Assembly: GCA_951406725.2 (NCBI GenBank)
Contig: OX597833.1
Span: 13,144,001 to 13,208,000 of the forward strand
Reading direction: 5' to 3'
Length of the DNA stretch: 64,000 bases
Origin: Octopus vulgaris
Lineage: Eukaryota
Under the pieces are notes generated by a model. That model searched no databases, had not been told where the DNA came from, and saw nothing but the letters and a program-made list of their open reading frames with translations. Positions 25,677 to 37,544 of the stretch are shown here, piece after piece. The first letter of the stretch is position 1; each line of letters begins with the position of its first letter. Both the position numbers and the translations under genes were made by a program.

Positions 25677-25905
25677 ATTCTTTACTGCCAACAAGGGGCT
25701 AAGCATAGAGGGGACAAACAAGGACAGACAAACGGATTAAGTCGATTACATCGACCCCAGTGCGTAACTGGTACTTATTTAATCGACCCCGAAAGGATGA
25801 AAGGCAAAGTTGACCTCAGCGGAATTTGAACTCAGAACGTAACGGCAGCCGAAATGCCGCTAAGCATTTCGCCCGGCGCGCTAACGTTTCTGCCAGCTCG
25901 CCGCC
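25677..25905 (-). mobile_element. SINE family B, full length
   Basis: TSD TTTGAAGAACAA on both sides. Confidence 0.93.
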
Positions 25906-26309
25906 TTTGAAGAACAAGATACTGGGACCGGCTCTGCATTAACCAGGCCCACTATAATAATATTTATGGAGATGCTTGTTCAGAAAACCAAGATCCCAGT
26001 ACCAACACCCACCATCATACGTCCTTCGTAAGTCCAGTGTATACGAGAAAATACTGAATTAAGAACGCAGTGTATTAGTGTCTTGCTGCATCCGCATTCG
26101 TCAGAGTGATGAGAGAAGACAACAACAGAATGAAAACAGCAATATATAGTGTAGATGGTGTATAAATCGAAGAGAAACTAGTGGAAGAACAAACCAGTAA
26201 CTTTGCTGCTGTCCTTTCCTAGTCAAAATATGACAAGACATAACAAATGTCTTAGGTTGCAAATTTTTACGTTCTGTGCGCTATACAAGGGCAATGTGTG
26301 AGTTGTGAC

Positions 26310-26365
<56 letters not shown>

Positions 26366-26367
<2 letters not shown>

Positions 26368-26576
26368 CGGGAAGGTTTACGAAAATAAACAAAAGACGAA
26401 GGCAGGTGGAGTACAAACAAACAAATGTATTAGTATAGCGCTCAGGAATAGAAACAGAAAAAGTCTTTTACGTTTCGAGCCTACGCTCTTCGACAGAAAG
26501 ATACACAGAAAAAAAACAAGGAGAGAAACAAGGAGAGAAAAAAATGCGTGTAGGAGCTAACGATCTATCATGGCGA
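26366..26576 (-). mobile_element. Solo Penelope pLTR with hammerhead motif (26464-26501, CUGUCGA core)
   Basis: Homologous to 14557-14765; abuts (TA)n at the same terminus. Confidence 0.88.
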
Positions 26577-26587
26577 TATATATATAA

Positions 26588-26930
26588 AATGGAACAAAAA
26601 CGCAATAGATGACAAAACATTCGGACAGATAGACGATACAAACGCGGACAAGAGAAACAACAATTAGAAGGACAGGGAGAAAAAAAGGACGGGTCATTCG
26701 TAGCCTTCTTTCTTCAGTCAAGATACCAGAAATCCTTACCGTTTCGGGCAGTTACACTTGAGACACTTCGATCTGGTTGCCCACCCAAAAAGTCTAAGCT
26801 AAGAGTATTAGATATTTTGTAAGAAACCTAGCGAATGTGTACGGCAGCAAAGACAAAAGCAGAGAACATGGTACACAATTACAAATACAAACAACAAGAA
26901 TATAACAACAGGTGTCTTTCGACTGAGAAC

Positions 26931-26932
<2 letters not shown>
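26588..26932. repeat. Interspersed repeat related to 53212-53440 (probably Penelope-type terminal sequence)
   Basis: Shared AAAACATTC.GACAG, GACGGGTCATTCG, CAGTC.AG and ATCTGG blocks. Confidence 0.6.
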
Positions 26933-26976
<44 letters not shown>

Positions 26977-27179
26977 TTATTAAACGTACATAAACATCAA
27001 CTGTAGAAGCTGTTCATTTGAGTGAGATATTAAGCTGCAGAAAGTGTACAGCAGCTGAACAGTTATTCGAGACAATGATTTTATGCTTATCTCTATGTCA
27101 GTAGCTGTTGACCTAAAGACAGTTACAAGAAGTCCATCGTGGACTCAAAACATGGCTTGGTTCGTCTTTTTCAATACTC

Positions 27180-27281
<102 letters not shown>

Positions 27282-27391
27282 GTGATGTATATATATATAT
27301 GTATATGTGTGTGTACGTACATACACGTCCGTGTATATATACACACACACACACAAGCACACACATGCACACACATAAATACACGCATGCG

Positions 27392-27423
<32 letters not shown>

Positions 27424-27469
27424 TGTATGTGTGTGTGTGTGTGTACGTACGCATGGATGTATATCTTCT

Positions 27470-28302
27470 ATTCTTTAATTATTATAAATTTTTCACTGAA
27501 GAGGGAGCCGGTTTCCAACAAAGGTACAAGACCCCATCTTTGGAATGTAGTTGACAGACAAGTTCACATTTGGAACTTGAGAAAAGTCTTGCATATTTTT
27601 GCTGTTCCTCTCACAGATTGCACTTGTAATGTATGAATTAGCTGGTCGAGTTCTCTTTCTGAAAATCCCGGTTTATCCAGATTCTCCTTTAAGCATTTAC
27701 TAACAAAACCTAGTGCTCCAATTATTATTGGTATGAATATGAATTCATAGTCCGGATATAGAAGCTGGAGGTTTCGAAGCAGTTGTCCATAGATATCCTC
27801 TTTTTCTTTGATTTTCAAAGAGATATTTATATCTGCAGGGCAACTGACCTCTATGACGATACATATCTTTGCCTCTCTGTCCCAAACAACAATATCCGGT
27901 ATGTTGTTTACATTTGATAGAAGATTGGATGGGAATATTCCACCAGTATTCCTTGCGTTGGTGTTTATGAATGTATTCCGTAACAGAGGGATTTTCTAAG
28001 TTTATTTCAGGAAAGTCTTTTTTTGTGGATGACATTGTAAATTGTTTTAGCAGCAACATGGTGCCACACAGGGAGGTAGTACCGTGATGAAATTTTAGGA
28101 CAGCTGATAATCACGTGCGTGATGTCTTCCACAGAACCATGACACAGCCTACACATTCAATTGCACCTTGGGATTATAAGTGTGTCACTGTCTCTCTTGT
28201 TCACAAGGTACCTTGTGACAATCTCCTGTTCCTGGATTACAAAGTGTGATGTGATGTAATGGTTTTGTGTCCAAGAGAGGTTACGCTTTCTGTCAGTCTT
28301 AC
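27470..28302 (-). mobile_element. R4/Dong-like non-LTR retrotransposon 3' fragment (CCHC knuckle + RLE)
   Basis: CRLCHGSVEDITHVIISCP; EYWWNIPI; PDIVVWD..EVSCPAD; KEKEDIYGQL; IPIIIGALG; flanked by (TACA)-type repeats. Confidence 0.85.
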
Positions 28303-28361
28303 TGTATGTATGTATGTATGTATGTATGTATGTATGTATGAATGTAGGTATATATTATGTC

Positions 28362-28860
28362 AGGTCACTTTCGAGTGCTACTGGTAACATGTAACCCAGT
28401 ACAACCTGTTGCATGGTCGGGTCGTCGGCGACTAAACCGGCAACCCCACCTAGCTTGCTTGGTGAGGAGGGTGTTTATTGGACACCCTGCGGGATGAAAA
28501 ACAAAACCCGTCAAAGGGCGGAGGAACCCTTGAGAGTCAACGGCCATCCAATAAATGTCTTAAGGCTGTAGTATCATGCGAGGGAACATAGAAATAATCG
28601 GACTGAATACCCGATCGCGCGGTTAAACCATTGGGAGTGAAGGACTCCTAGCCTTTGTTAGGGCATCCTTCTAGGAGAAGGTAACTCAGGTAACTGGGAT
28701 AACTCCGACATAAAACCTGCGGCTCAGTGGTTACCGATGATGTTGACTTGTTCTTTTCGGATTATGGCTGCTGTTGCTTAGTGAGTGGGATTGACTCAGT
28801 GCACAGCCTTTCCTCACTTTAAGAAAAATCTTCTTGCACAGGCATTGCACAATAACAACA
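28362..28860 (+). mobile_element. GC-richer structured segment resembling an RTE 5'UTR-derived non-autonomous element
   Basis: GGGCATCCTTCTAGGAGAAGGTAACTC resembles RTE leader motifs as I recall them; several short hairpins. Confidence 0.35.
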
Positions 28861-30076
28861 TTGATTAAGTTTCGTGTAATGGCCATACTCGATAACGAGG
28901 GGGCAGCCAAGAGATATATGTATATAGTCCGGCAGCAATTAAGTTGGAATTGTTTTTGTTAGACAGATATAAAGAAAAAACAGCATCCATCTGGTCATAC
29001 GCCTCATATATATTTAAAATGATATATTTAATTGAATTCCAATAAAGAATAATCTCAAACAACAGTAAATTGAAACATCTGAAAAGTTTTGTAATATTAT
29101 TTCAGTCACTCAAAATTCTCGTCCAAGGTTGGGAACACATCTTGCCAGAGCAAAATGCATCCAACTTCTCTTTATGAATTCTCTAACTTTTTGTAACTTT
29201 TTGACGCTTGAGGTCCTACATTATGGATATACCCTGATGCTATTGTTGTAAAGTGTTATGGGAAAATCCTGAACATCCCCTTATGACTGAAGTTGGACTA
29301 AACAATTACAAGAAATAAGAACCGAGTGAACTTAGTTGGTCACGCTTGGGCATCCAACTGGAGAGTGTAATGACGGTTGCTTCTGAGCGGACTCTTTGGA
29401 GGGAGGTGCCCGAGGACCCTATCGCGACAATGCCACCAGGAGTATCATAGGAGTAGAAAATGATCGGAGGGACTTATCAATCAATAAAGAAACTTATAGA
29501 AAATCTTGAATGCAAACAGTTCTCTAAATTTATTTTATTCTTAACTCATAATTCATTCGCCATACCAGACAGATGTTGGTTTATATTTATTTCGAAGTTA
29601 GCTAAGCTAAAAAAAAATATTACAATAAGAGTTACTGTCTTTGAGTCATGGAATATATTTACATTTGTCTGAGAATTTGATTCCAAATGGTCTTTCATGG
29701 TCTTTCATGTTCTTTACATTGTGAAACTTTACTGATATTTTTTCTTTCTTTCTTCTGCAGTCCACATGTGGTAACGTTGAATGTTTGTGGTGCAGAAAGA
29801 GGGAAAAAAAAAAGATATGAAAAGGTTTTATTATAAAGATACTCAATTGTGGTAAGCATTGGGACTCCTATAATACTCCTGTGATTTGCGGAGAGCTCAC
29901 AAAGAGACACGCACAAAAGCACACACAAACACACACACACCACACACACGCACGCACAGACAGACAGACACAGACATATAGACACACGCACACACATACA
30001 CACATACACTCGCAAACACAATTCGTAAAAATACATTTCCATATATGTATAAATCATATATGAAGAAGTATATATA

Positions 30077-30116
<40 letters not shown>

Positions 30117-30189
30117 CAAACCAAGAAACTTGAGGTTTCTGGGTGAGACTGGAGCCTACATGTACAAATACAAAACAAAAGTCAAACAG

Positions 30190-30243
<54 letters not shown>

Positions 30244-30244
30244 G

Positions 30245-30558
30245 TTTCAAAATTTTTTACAAGGGGAGGAATGAGTTGATTATATTAAACCCAGTGCTTC
30301 AACTGGTACTTATTTTATCGACCACGAAAGGATGAGAGGCAAAGTCGACCTCGACAGAAATTGAACTCAGGACGTAGCGACGAGCAAAATACCGCTAAGC
30401 ATTTCGTCCAGCGCGCTAACGATTCTGCCAGCTCGCCGCCTTAATAATAATAATTTATTTCTTTATTGCCCACAGGGGGCTAAACATAGACGGGACAAAC
30501 AAGGACAGACAAAGGGATTAAGTCGATTACATCGACTCCAGTGCGTAACTGGTACTTA

Positions 30559-30560
<2 letters not shown>
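30245..30560 (-). mobile_element. Two family B SINE pieces within (AAT)n
   Basis: Family B core, head and tail. Confidence 0.85.
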
Positions 30561-30590
<30 letters not shown>

Positions 30591-30882
30591 GTCAAAATTC
30601 AAAGAAGAGTACCATTTTTATTTAGTGAACGATATTTCGACATCTTGTGTGTCTTGAACTGGTTCAAAAAATAAATTTGTCAATCTACTTCATTCTGGTT
30701 AATGTAGAAATGATTGAGGTAACTCGTCCTGAAGATATAGAGTGAAAATTAAAAGAAGAGTGCCATTGTTATCAAGTTGAAGACACACAAGATGTCGAAA
30801 TATCGTTCACTACATAAGAATGGCACTTTTCTTTTAATTTTGCCTCTATATCTTCAGGAGGAGTTACCTCAATCCTTTCTCT

Positions 30883-30926
<44 letters not shown>

Positions 30927-30934
30927 TGATGGTG

Positions 30935-31398
30935 TTGAAAAAGATTTGTCTTTTGATATATGTTGTAGCCCCAGCTGACAAAAACACAATCTCCGAAAAC
31001 GTTTGAGGAACTGAGCAAATATAAAGGCTTGGAGATTAAAGTCAGAGGAATGTGGCATCTTAAAAAAAGTAAGATTACCAGTATTTAATGGGGCACTTGG
31101 AATGATATCAAAAGGGGCGAACAAGTATGTAGACCAAATTCTTGGCAACATCAAAACGAGTTGCAAAATAGTATACTAATTGCTATTTCACATAGTTTTA
31201 TGCAAATTCTTCTCTCTGTAAATGTAATCTTATTCATTCGATGTTATTAATTTTATTTTAATTGACAGACACCGGTTATTTTTCAACTGCATGACCTTTG
31301 ACCTGTTAGCATCTTTGGATGCAAAACCTTGTTGCCCCTTGCCGTTTCTGGTTGGGACGTGGGTGCCAGCCAGAAATAACAACAACAACAACAACAAT
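30935..31398 (+). mobile_element. Degraded R4/Dong-like RLE 3' fragment between (AAT)n and (AAC)n
   Basis: Frameshifted ICLLI..V.PADKN, LSKYKGLEI.V..MWHLK, GALGMI.KG. Confidence 0.7.
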
Positions 31399-31399
31399 A

Positions 31400-32385
31400 A
31401 CCCTATCTACAAGAGGGACAAGGCTTGACATTTTGTGTGGAGAGAGTAAGACCTCAGTACCCAGCTAGTATTTATTTCTTCGACTCCGAAAGACTTAAAG
31501 GTAAAGGTGACCTCAGCGGAATCTGAACTCAGAACGTAAATGTGGACGAAATACCGCTAAGCATTTCGCCCGACATGCTAGCAATTCTGCCAACCCGCCG
31601 CTTTAATAATAATAATAGAAGAAGAAGAAGAAGAAGAAGAAGAAGAAGAAGAAGAAGAAGAAGAAGAAGAAGAAGAAGAAGAAGAAGGAGGAGGAGGAGG
31701 AGGAGGAGGAGGAGGAAATTCTAACTGGGTCCCGCTTGCAAGGTCATGCGTTGTTTATCTTGATATGAGATCACCATGTCACGCATATATCGTTATGATG
31801 CATATGCCTGGTGTACCCTTTTCAGACGGGTAGTCATGATGAGTATACTGGATTTGGTATATTTGTACCCCAGTGTCATTTTCATGTTATGCAATGCTTT
31901 CTCAATAATAATAATAATAATCCTTTCTGTAATAGGCACAAGGCCTGAAATTTGGAGGAAGGGGGCCAGTCGATTAGATCGATCCCAGTACGCAACTGGT
32001 ACTTAATTTATCGACCCCGAAAGGATAATGATTTGGCACAAGGTCAGCAGTTTTGAAGGAAGGGGTGTAGTCGATTACATGGGCCCCAAAACACGATTGA
32101 TACGTATTTTATCGGCCCCGAAAAATGAAAGGCAAAGTTGACTTCGATGGGATTTAAATTTAGAATATAAAGACAGAAAAAATGCCGCAAAACATTTTGC
32201 CTGATCGTACGATTAAGTCGATTACGTCGACCCCAGTGCGTAACTGATACTTATTTAATCGACCCCAAAAGGATGAAAGGCAAAGTCGACCTCGGCGGAA
32301 TTTGAACTCAGAACGTAACGGCAGACGAAATACCGCTAAGCATTTCGCCCGACATCCTAACGATTCTGCCAGCTCCCCACCTTAC
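31400..32385 (-). mobile_element. Cluster of family B SINE fragments, with an (AGA)n/(GGA)n tract and a plus-strand LINE 3'UTR copy at 31716-31905
   Basis: Repeated family B core; 31716-31905 matches 1597-1780. Confidence 0.75.
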
Positions 32386-32696
32386 GGAAAGGGACATTTT
32401 GCTCGGCGGGCTAACGGTTCAGCCAACCGGCCGCTTTAGACTGCGATAAAATAATGAAAGAAATATCTATTGAGTGAGTGAGTGCTATTAGAGGAATAAA
32501 GGATAAGAAGGAAAATTAGATGTAACATGAGAAAAATTAACCATATTTCGACTCCAATGTATGAATATTATTTAGCAAGTAGCAGAAAAACTACATGTAG
32601 GAGAGTCTTTCTGCTCGTAACAGAGCATCAATAAAGCGTTTCGAATGATTGCTGGACAATAATTAATATTTCACACTTTTGCTTCAGAGAAGTCTA

Positions 32697-33050
32697 GTGT
32701 AGTAAGAAGTTTGCTTTCCAACCACAAGTGTCTTCTACTATAGCCTCGGGCTGACCAAAGCCTTGTGAGTGGATTTGGTTGACGGAAACTGAAAGAAGCC
32801 TGTCTTATATGTACAAATATTTATAATCTCTGAGTGTGTGTCTTTGTGTCTGTGTTTGTTCCCCAGCACCGCTGACAACAAGTATTGGTGTGTTTGCATC
32901 CCCATTATCTAGCAGTTCGGCAAAAGAGACCGATAGAATAAGTACCAAGCTAAAAATAAGTTCTGCAATAAATTCATTCAACTAAAAATTGTTCAAGGCG
33001 GTGCTGCAGCATGGCCGCTGTTTTATAACTGAAACAAATAAAAGATAAAG
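32697..33050 (+). mobile_element. Diverged SINE family A
   Basis: Body and tail similarity. Confidence 0.8.
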
Positions 33051-33461
33051 GATAGTATCCTAACGAATGAAAGGCTACCTTCATTTAGATGAGAATTTCT
33101 TCCTTACTTAATGCCTTCCATATGGATTTCTCCAAATGAATATCATCGTAAATACTTATCATTTATCTCAATGAGTCTCAAGATTTCAGATCCTCCAGAA
33201 AGAGGGCCTTACTCTTTCAGAAAACACAAACTGTCGTACAGTATTTCTCCTAGTCCGTCTGTGCTCAAAACCTGCAGAAAAAAACCTTAATCTTTCCTCG
33301 TTTCAGGATCGATAAGAGTCCTAGTTTATCATTGATATTTTCGACTAACTCCCCACATCCTAAAATTGCTGCATTTGTACCAAAATTTGGAACCGTTATT
33401 AATAACATGGGATAATAATTTACATATATTAACGGACTAATTATTTTTAATAAAAATAATT

Positions 33462-34293
33462 AATTTAACTAAGTTTTAACATCATCATCTTCGAAATAGT
33501 TACCTTGCGCAGCAATCCACCGGTTCCAGCGTTCCTGCCACTTTGGAATCCGGCCTGGAAGTCGTTTTCCGTAAGTGCATCGAGGACCTTCTGTGATTCG
33601 CTCAGGATCTCGACAATGGTGCTAAAATGGCGACCTTTGAGCTGCGTTTTCATCTTGGGGAAGAGGTGGAAGTCCGCAGATGTTAAATCTGGCGAATCGG
33701 GTGGGAACTAAAGCGATACCATGTTGTCTTTGGCAAGAAACTCGCGAGTGAGGAGAGATCGGTAACAGGAAGCATTATCTTTATGAAGAATCTAATCCTT
33801 CGCGCTCAACAGATCCGCTTGCTTTCGCCCAGTGTCTTCTCTCAAACGCTTCGAAACGTCGTAGTAGAACTTTCGATTGACAGTCTGGCTCTAGGGGTCG
33901 AATTCTCGGTGCACAATTTCACATTTCCGGGGGATGACACTCGTGGCAGGTCCTCCAGGGACGTTCTTCCGCTTTTGAAGCGTCTGTGCCACTCGAAACA
34001 TTGCATAGGACCCTTTGCCTCGTCGCCGTAAGTTTGCCGAAGAATGCTCAATGTCTCTGAGGCAGACTTCCCAAGTTTCATGCAAAATTTCCCGTTGGCT
34101 CTTTGTTCCTGTTCATCATAAAATCGCAGACTGCAGCATACAAGTGATCACAAAAGCACAAATTTCACAACTTACGAATTAAACACAGTGATGTCACTTG
34201 ACACACTGCCTCATGAAGGTCACTGCGTGCTCTCACTGGGTACAGAACTGTGTGATGCCGTCTGTTGACGTCCGAGAACTTTTTGATACTGCC
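33462..34293 (-). mobile_element. Mariner relic, same family as 12155-12850
   Basis: MKLGKSASETLSILRQTYGDEA...FEWHRRFKSGRTSLED; SPDLTSADFHLFPKMKTQLKGRHF; same CEIVHREFDP deletion junction. Confidence 0.88.
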
Positions 34294-34462
34294 TAGAGAG
34301 GCAAGTTTTGTCTAGCGAATGTTTTAAAAAAAAAGATGGGTGAATGTAGCAAGGATGGCACGTATGAATGACGAATCCACCTTGAGCATAAATCCTATGA
34401 ACCCAGAAATTGAAAACAGAGGGTTACCCACTTGCAAACAAATGTGGTAACATATAACAATA

Positions 34463-34795
34463 TTGACCGAGGTTACCGTGGTCTTTTTCGTAGGCTTTTC
34501 TTCCCACGGATAAACCTTATCTGCTTCCCCCTTTACACCGTACATCATGACACTGTGATACACGATCCTTATTGATCGTTTTTTTTCCTCTTCCCCTTTT
34601 TTCCTCTTTTTTCTTTTTTCTTTTCTTTTGTTTCTTTTCACTTTTTTTCTTTTTTTTTCTTTTTTCCCTTTTACGATCCCCTTTGATCGAAAACTTCGCC
34701 ACTTTTCTTTTTTCATCCCCCAAAAGAAAAGCTCTACCTTGTAATTTGTCCCATCTGAGTGCAGCCCTGTGTGGCCAACAAAGAAACTTATCTAT
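34463..34795 (+). mobile_element. Retroposed repeat ending GCCCTGTGTGGCCAA.AAAGAAAC + (TATC); copy at 56157-56435, partial copies at 34814-34915 and 35115-35210
   Basis: TTGACCGAGGTTACCGTGGTCTTTT...CCCCAAAAGAAAAGCTCTACCTTGTAATTTGTCC shared. Confidence 0.75.
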
Positions 34796-35210
34796 CCAAG
34801 GGGAGCCCTGCCCAAGGTTCCCGTGGTCTTTTCCGTAGGCTTTTCTATCCACGGACAAACCTAATCTGTTTTCCCTTTTTACATTGACATTTCTGTGATA
34901 CACGATCCCTATTGATATATTGATAATATATACTGACATAACACAGATGTATGTCAATATATATATATATATATATATAGGCTGGAACGGCAGTTGCATC
35001 AGCAGCTGAGTCAGTCGCGAGCCTTTAGTCACTCCTACCGGAGCGATTTGTTGCTATCGATTGGTGGTGAGTAGGTTATGACGAGTTATCCGGGTGGATT
35101 TGTAATACGCATTTTTTTACGATCTATTTTGATCGGAATTCGCTCCCCCTTTTTCTTTCACAATCCCTTTTGATCGGAACCCCCCTTTTTTCCCCTTGTC
35201 TTCTTCCCAT

Positions 35211-35294
<84 letters not shown>

Positions 35295-35506
35295 AGAGAG
35301 GCAGAGAGAGAGAGAGAAAGACAGTGATATATACATACAGGTAGAGTCAGGTAGAGAAACAGACAGCCGGACAGACAGACAATCCAAACAAGATGTGTGT
35401 CGGGGTGTGTCAGGCTGGTAATGGATGGAGATGAAAATAGATACTTAGTCAACATCAGCAGAGGCAGGTAAAAGTGTAAGGCAAAAGCGGTGTGAGTGTG
35501 GAGATT

Positions 35507-35540
<34 letters not shown>

Positions 35541-35930
35541 GGAGTGGCTGTGTGGTAAGTAGCTTGCTAACCAGCCACATGGTTCCGGGTTCAGTCCCCA
35601 CTGCGTGGCATCTTGGGCAAGTGTCTTCTACTATAGCCCCGGGCCGACCAATGCCTTGTGAGTGGATTTGGTAGACGGAAACTGAAAGAAGCCTGTCGTA
35701 TATATGTATGTATATATATGCGTGTGTGTGTTTGTCCCCCTAGCATTGCTTGACAACCGATGATGGTGTGTTTACGTCCCCGTTACTTAGCGGTTCGGCA
35801 AAAGAAACGGATAGAATAAGTACTGGGCTTACAAAGAATAAGTCCCGGGGTCGATTTGCTCGACTAAAAGGCGGTGCTCCAGCATGGCCGCAGTCAAATG
35901 ACTGAAACAAGCAAAAGAGTATAAAGAGTA
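35541..35930 (+). mobile_element. SINE family A
   Basis: Full head to tail. Confidence 0.95.
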
Positions 35931-35994
35931 TATATATATATGTGTGTGTGTGTGTTTGTTTATCTCTCTCTGGATATATCTTTTTTTCTTTTTT

Positions 35995-36190
35995 TTTACT
36001 TGTTTCAGTCATTTTGACTGCGGCCATGCTGGAGCACCACCTTTAATCGAGCAACTCGACCCCGGGACTTATTCTTTTTGTAAGCCCAGTACTTATTCTA
36101 TCGGTCTCTTTTGCCGAACCGCTAAGTGACGGGGACATAAACACACCGGCATCGGTTGTCGAGCAATGCTAGGGGGACAAACACAGACAC
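35995..36190 (-). mobile_element. SINE family A, 3' half
   Basis: Reverse complement of the family A tail. Confidence 0.92.
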
Positions 36191-36313
36191 ACACATATAT
36201 CAATAATAATAAAGGGTAAAATTAATTAAAATTAATTAATTAATCAATAATTCCACCAAGTAGTATTCGGCATGTTAAAAGGACCATTTATCGGTAAACT
36301 TAAAAAATATATT

Positions 36314-36480
36314 TTATAATTATGAGTATAATTATAATTAGGGTTCAGCAAAAAAATTTGCTTCACCACATACCGAAATTTAGAAATAGCAGCCAAAGAA
36401 ACAAGCTATTTCTAAATTTCGGTATGTGGTGAAGCAAATTTTTTTGCTGAACCCTAATTATAATTATACTCATAATTATA

Positions 36481-36481
<1 letters not shown>
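36314..36481. repeat. Perfect 77-bp inverted repeat, 14-nt loop
   Basis: Arms 36314-36390 and 36405-36481. Confidence 0.93.
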
Positions 36482-36536
<55 letters not shown>

Positions 36537-36621
36537 CTAATGTAGGATAAAAATTTTTCGGGAAAAATTTTTTATCAATGGCCAGCATATAAAAAAAAAC
36601 CTTTAAAGGCTAAATTTATAC

Positions 36622-36771
36622 ATAATTTACAAGATAAGGGCAAAAGAAAAATTCTAATGCCAAATATGTCGAAAAAAAGACAAAATTGTCAATAACCAAA
36701 TGGTTATTGAAAAGTTTTGTCTTTTTTTCGGCATATTTGGCATTAGAATTTTTCTTTTGCCCTTATTTTGT

Positions 36772-36778
<7 letters not shown>
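36622..36778. repeat. Near-perfect ~77-bp palindrome
   Basis: Centre AATAACC-AAAT-GGTTATT at about 36699. Confidence 0.9.
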
Positions 36779-36808
<30 letters not shown>

Positions 36809-37472
36809 CTCTTTTTTTTTTACACATGCTGACCACTGGTAGAAATTATTATTTTTAATACTTTTTACCCTTTATCTAGAAATACATAAAAGGATTAACG
36901 TGTATTAGTGAAAAATTGTGGCTGTAGTTGTCTTCTGACTGCTCTTTTTAGTGTGCCGGTGTGCTACCCGTAGTAGCAAATCCCTTATTAATGTATCTGC
37001 GTGAGTGAGTGTATATATATGTGTGTGTAATATATACTGACATAACACAGATGTATGTCAATATATATATAGGCTGGAACGGCAGTTGCATCAGCAGCTG
37101 AGTCAGTCGCGAGCCTTTAGTCACTCCTACCGGAGCGATTCGTTGCTATCGATTGGTGGTTAGTTGGTTATGACGAGTTATCCGGGTGGATTTGTAATAT
37201 AGAATTTTTCTGGACGTTTGTGGGCATCGATCCAACCGTCGCTGCCAGCACCATCAATACATGTGCTCCACCCCTCCATCCCACATTTGGGCTTCTTTTC
37301 CTCTTCCTCTTGTTTTTTCCCTCTTCTAACAATCTGCCCATCCGTCCGTCCGTCCGTCTATTTTTATATCAGCCCGTCTGTCTATTTTTCTATCGGTCAA
37401 ACTGTTTGTCGGTGTCTACTGATCTATCTATCTATCTATCTATCTATGAACCCAGAAATTGAAAACAGAGGG

Positions 37473-37521
<49 letters not shown>

Positions 37522-37544
37522 ACGCATCTATGTATGTATATGTA

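Noticed and set aside
27494-27530. CTGAAGA followed by a hairpin, antisense to the RLE element 3'UTR (also about 5675-5697)
   Set aside because: No GAAA or cleavage triplet follows on that strand
29030-29420. Possible further RTE fragment (also 19087-19290, minus)
   Set aside because: Only faint motif resemblance; too degraded to call
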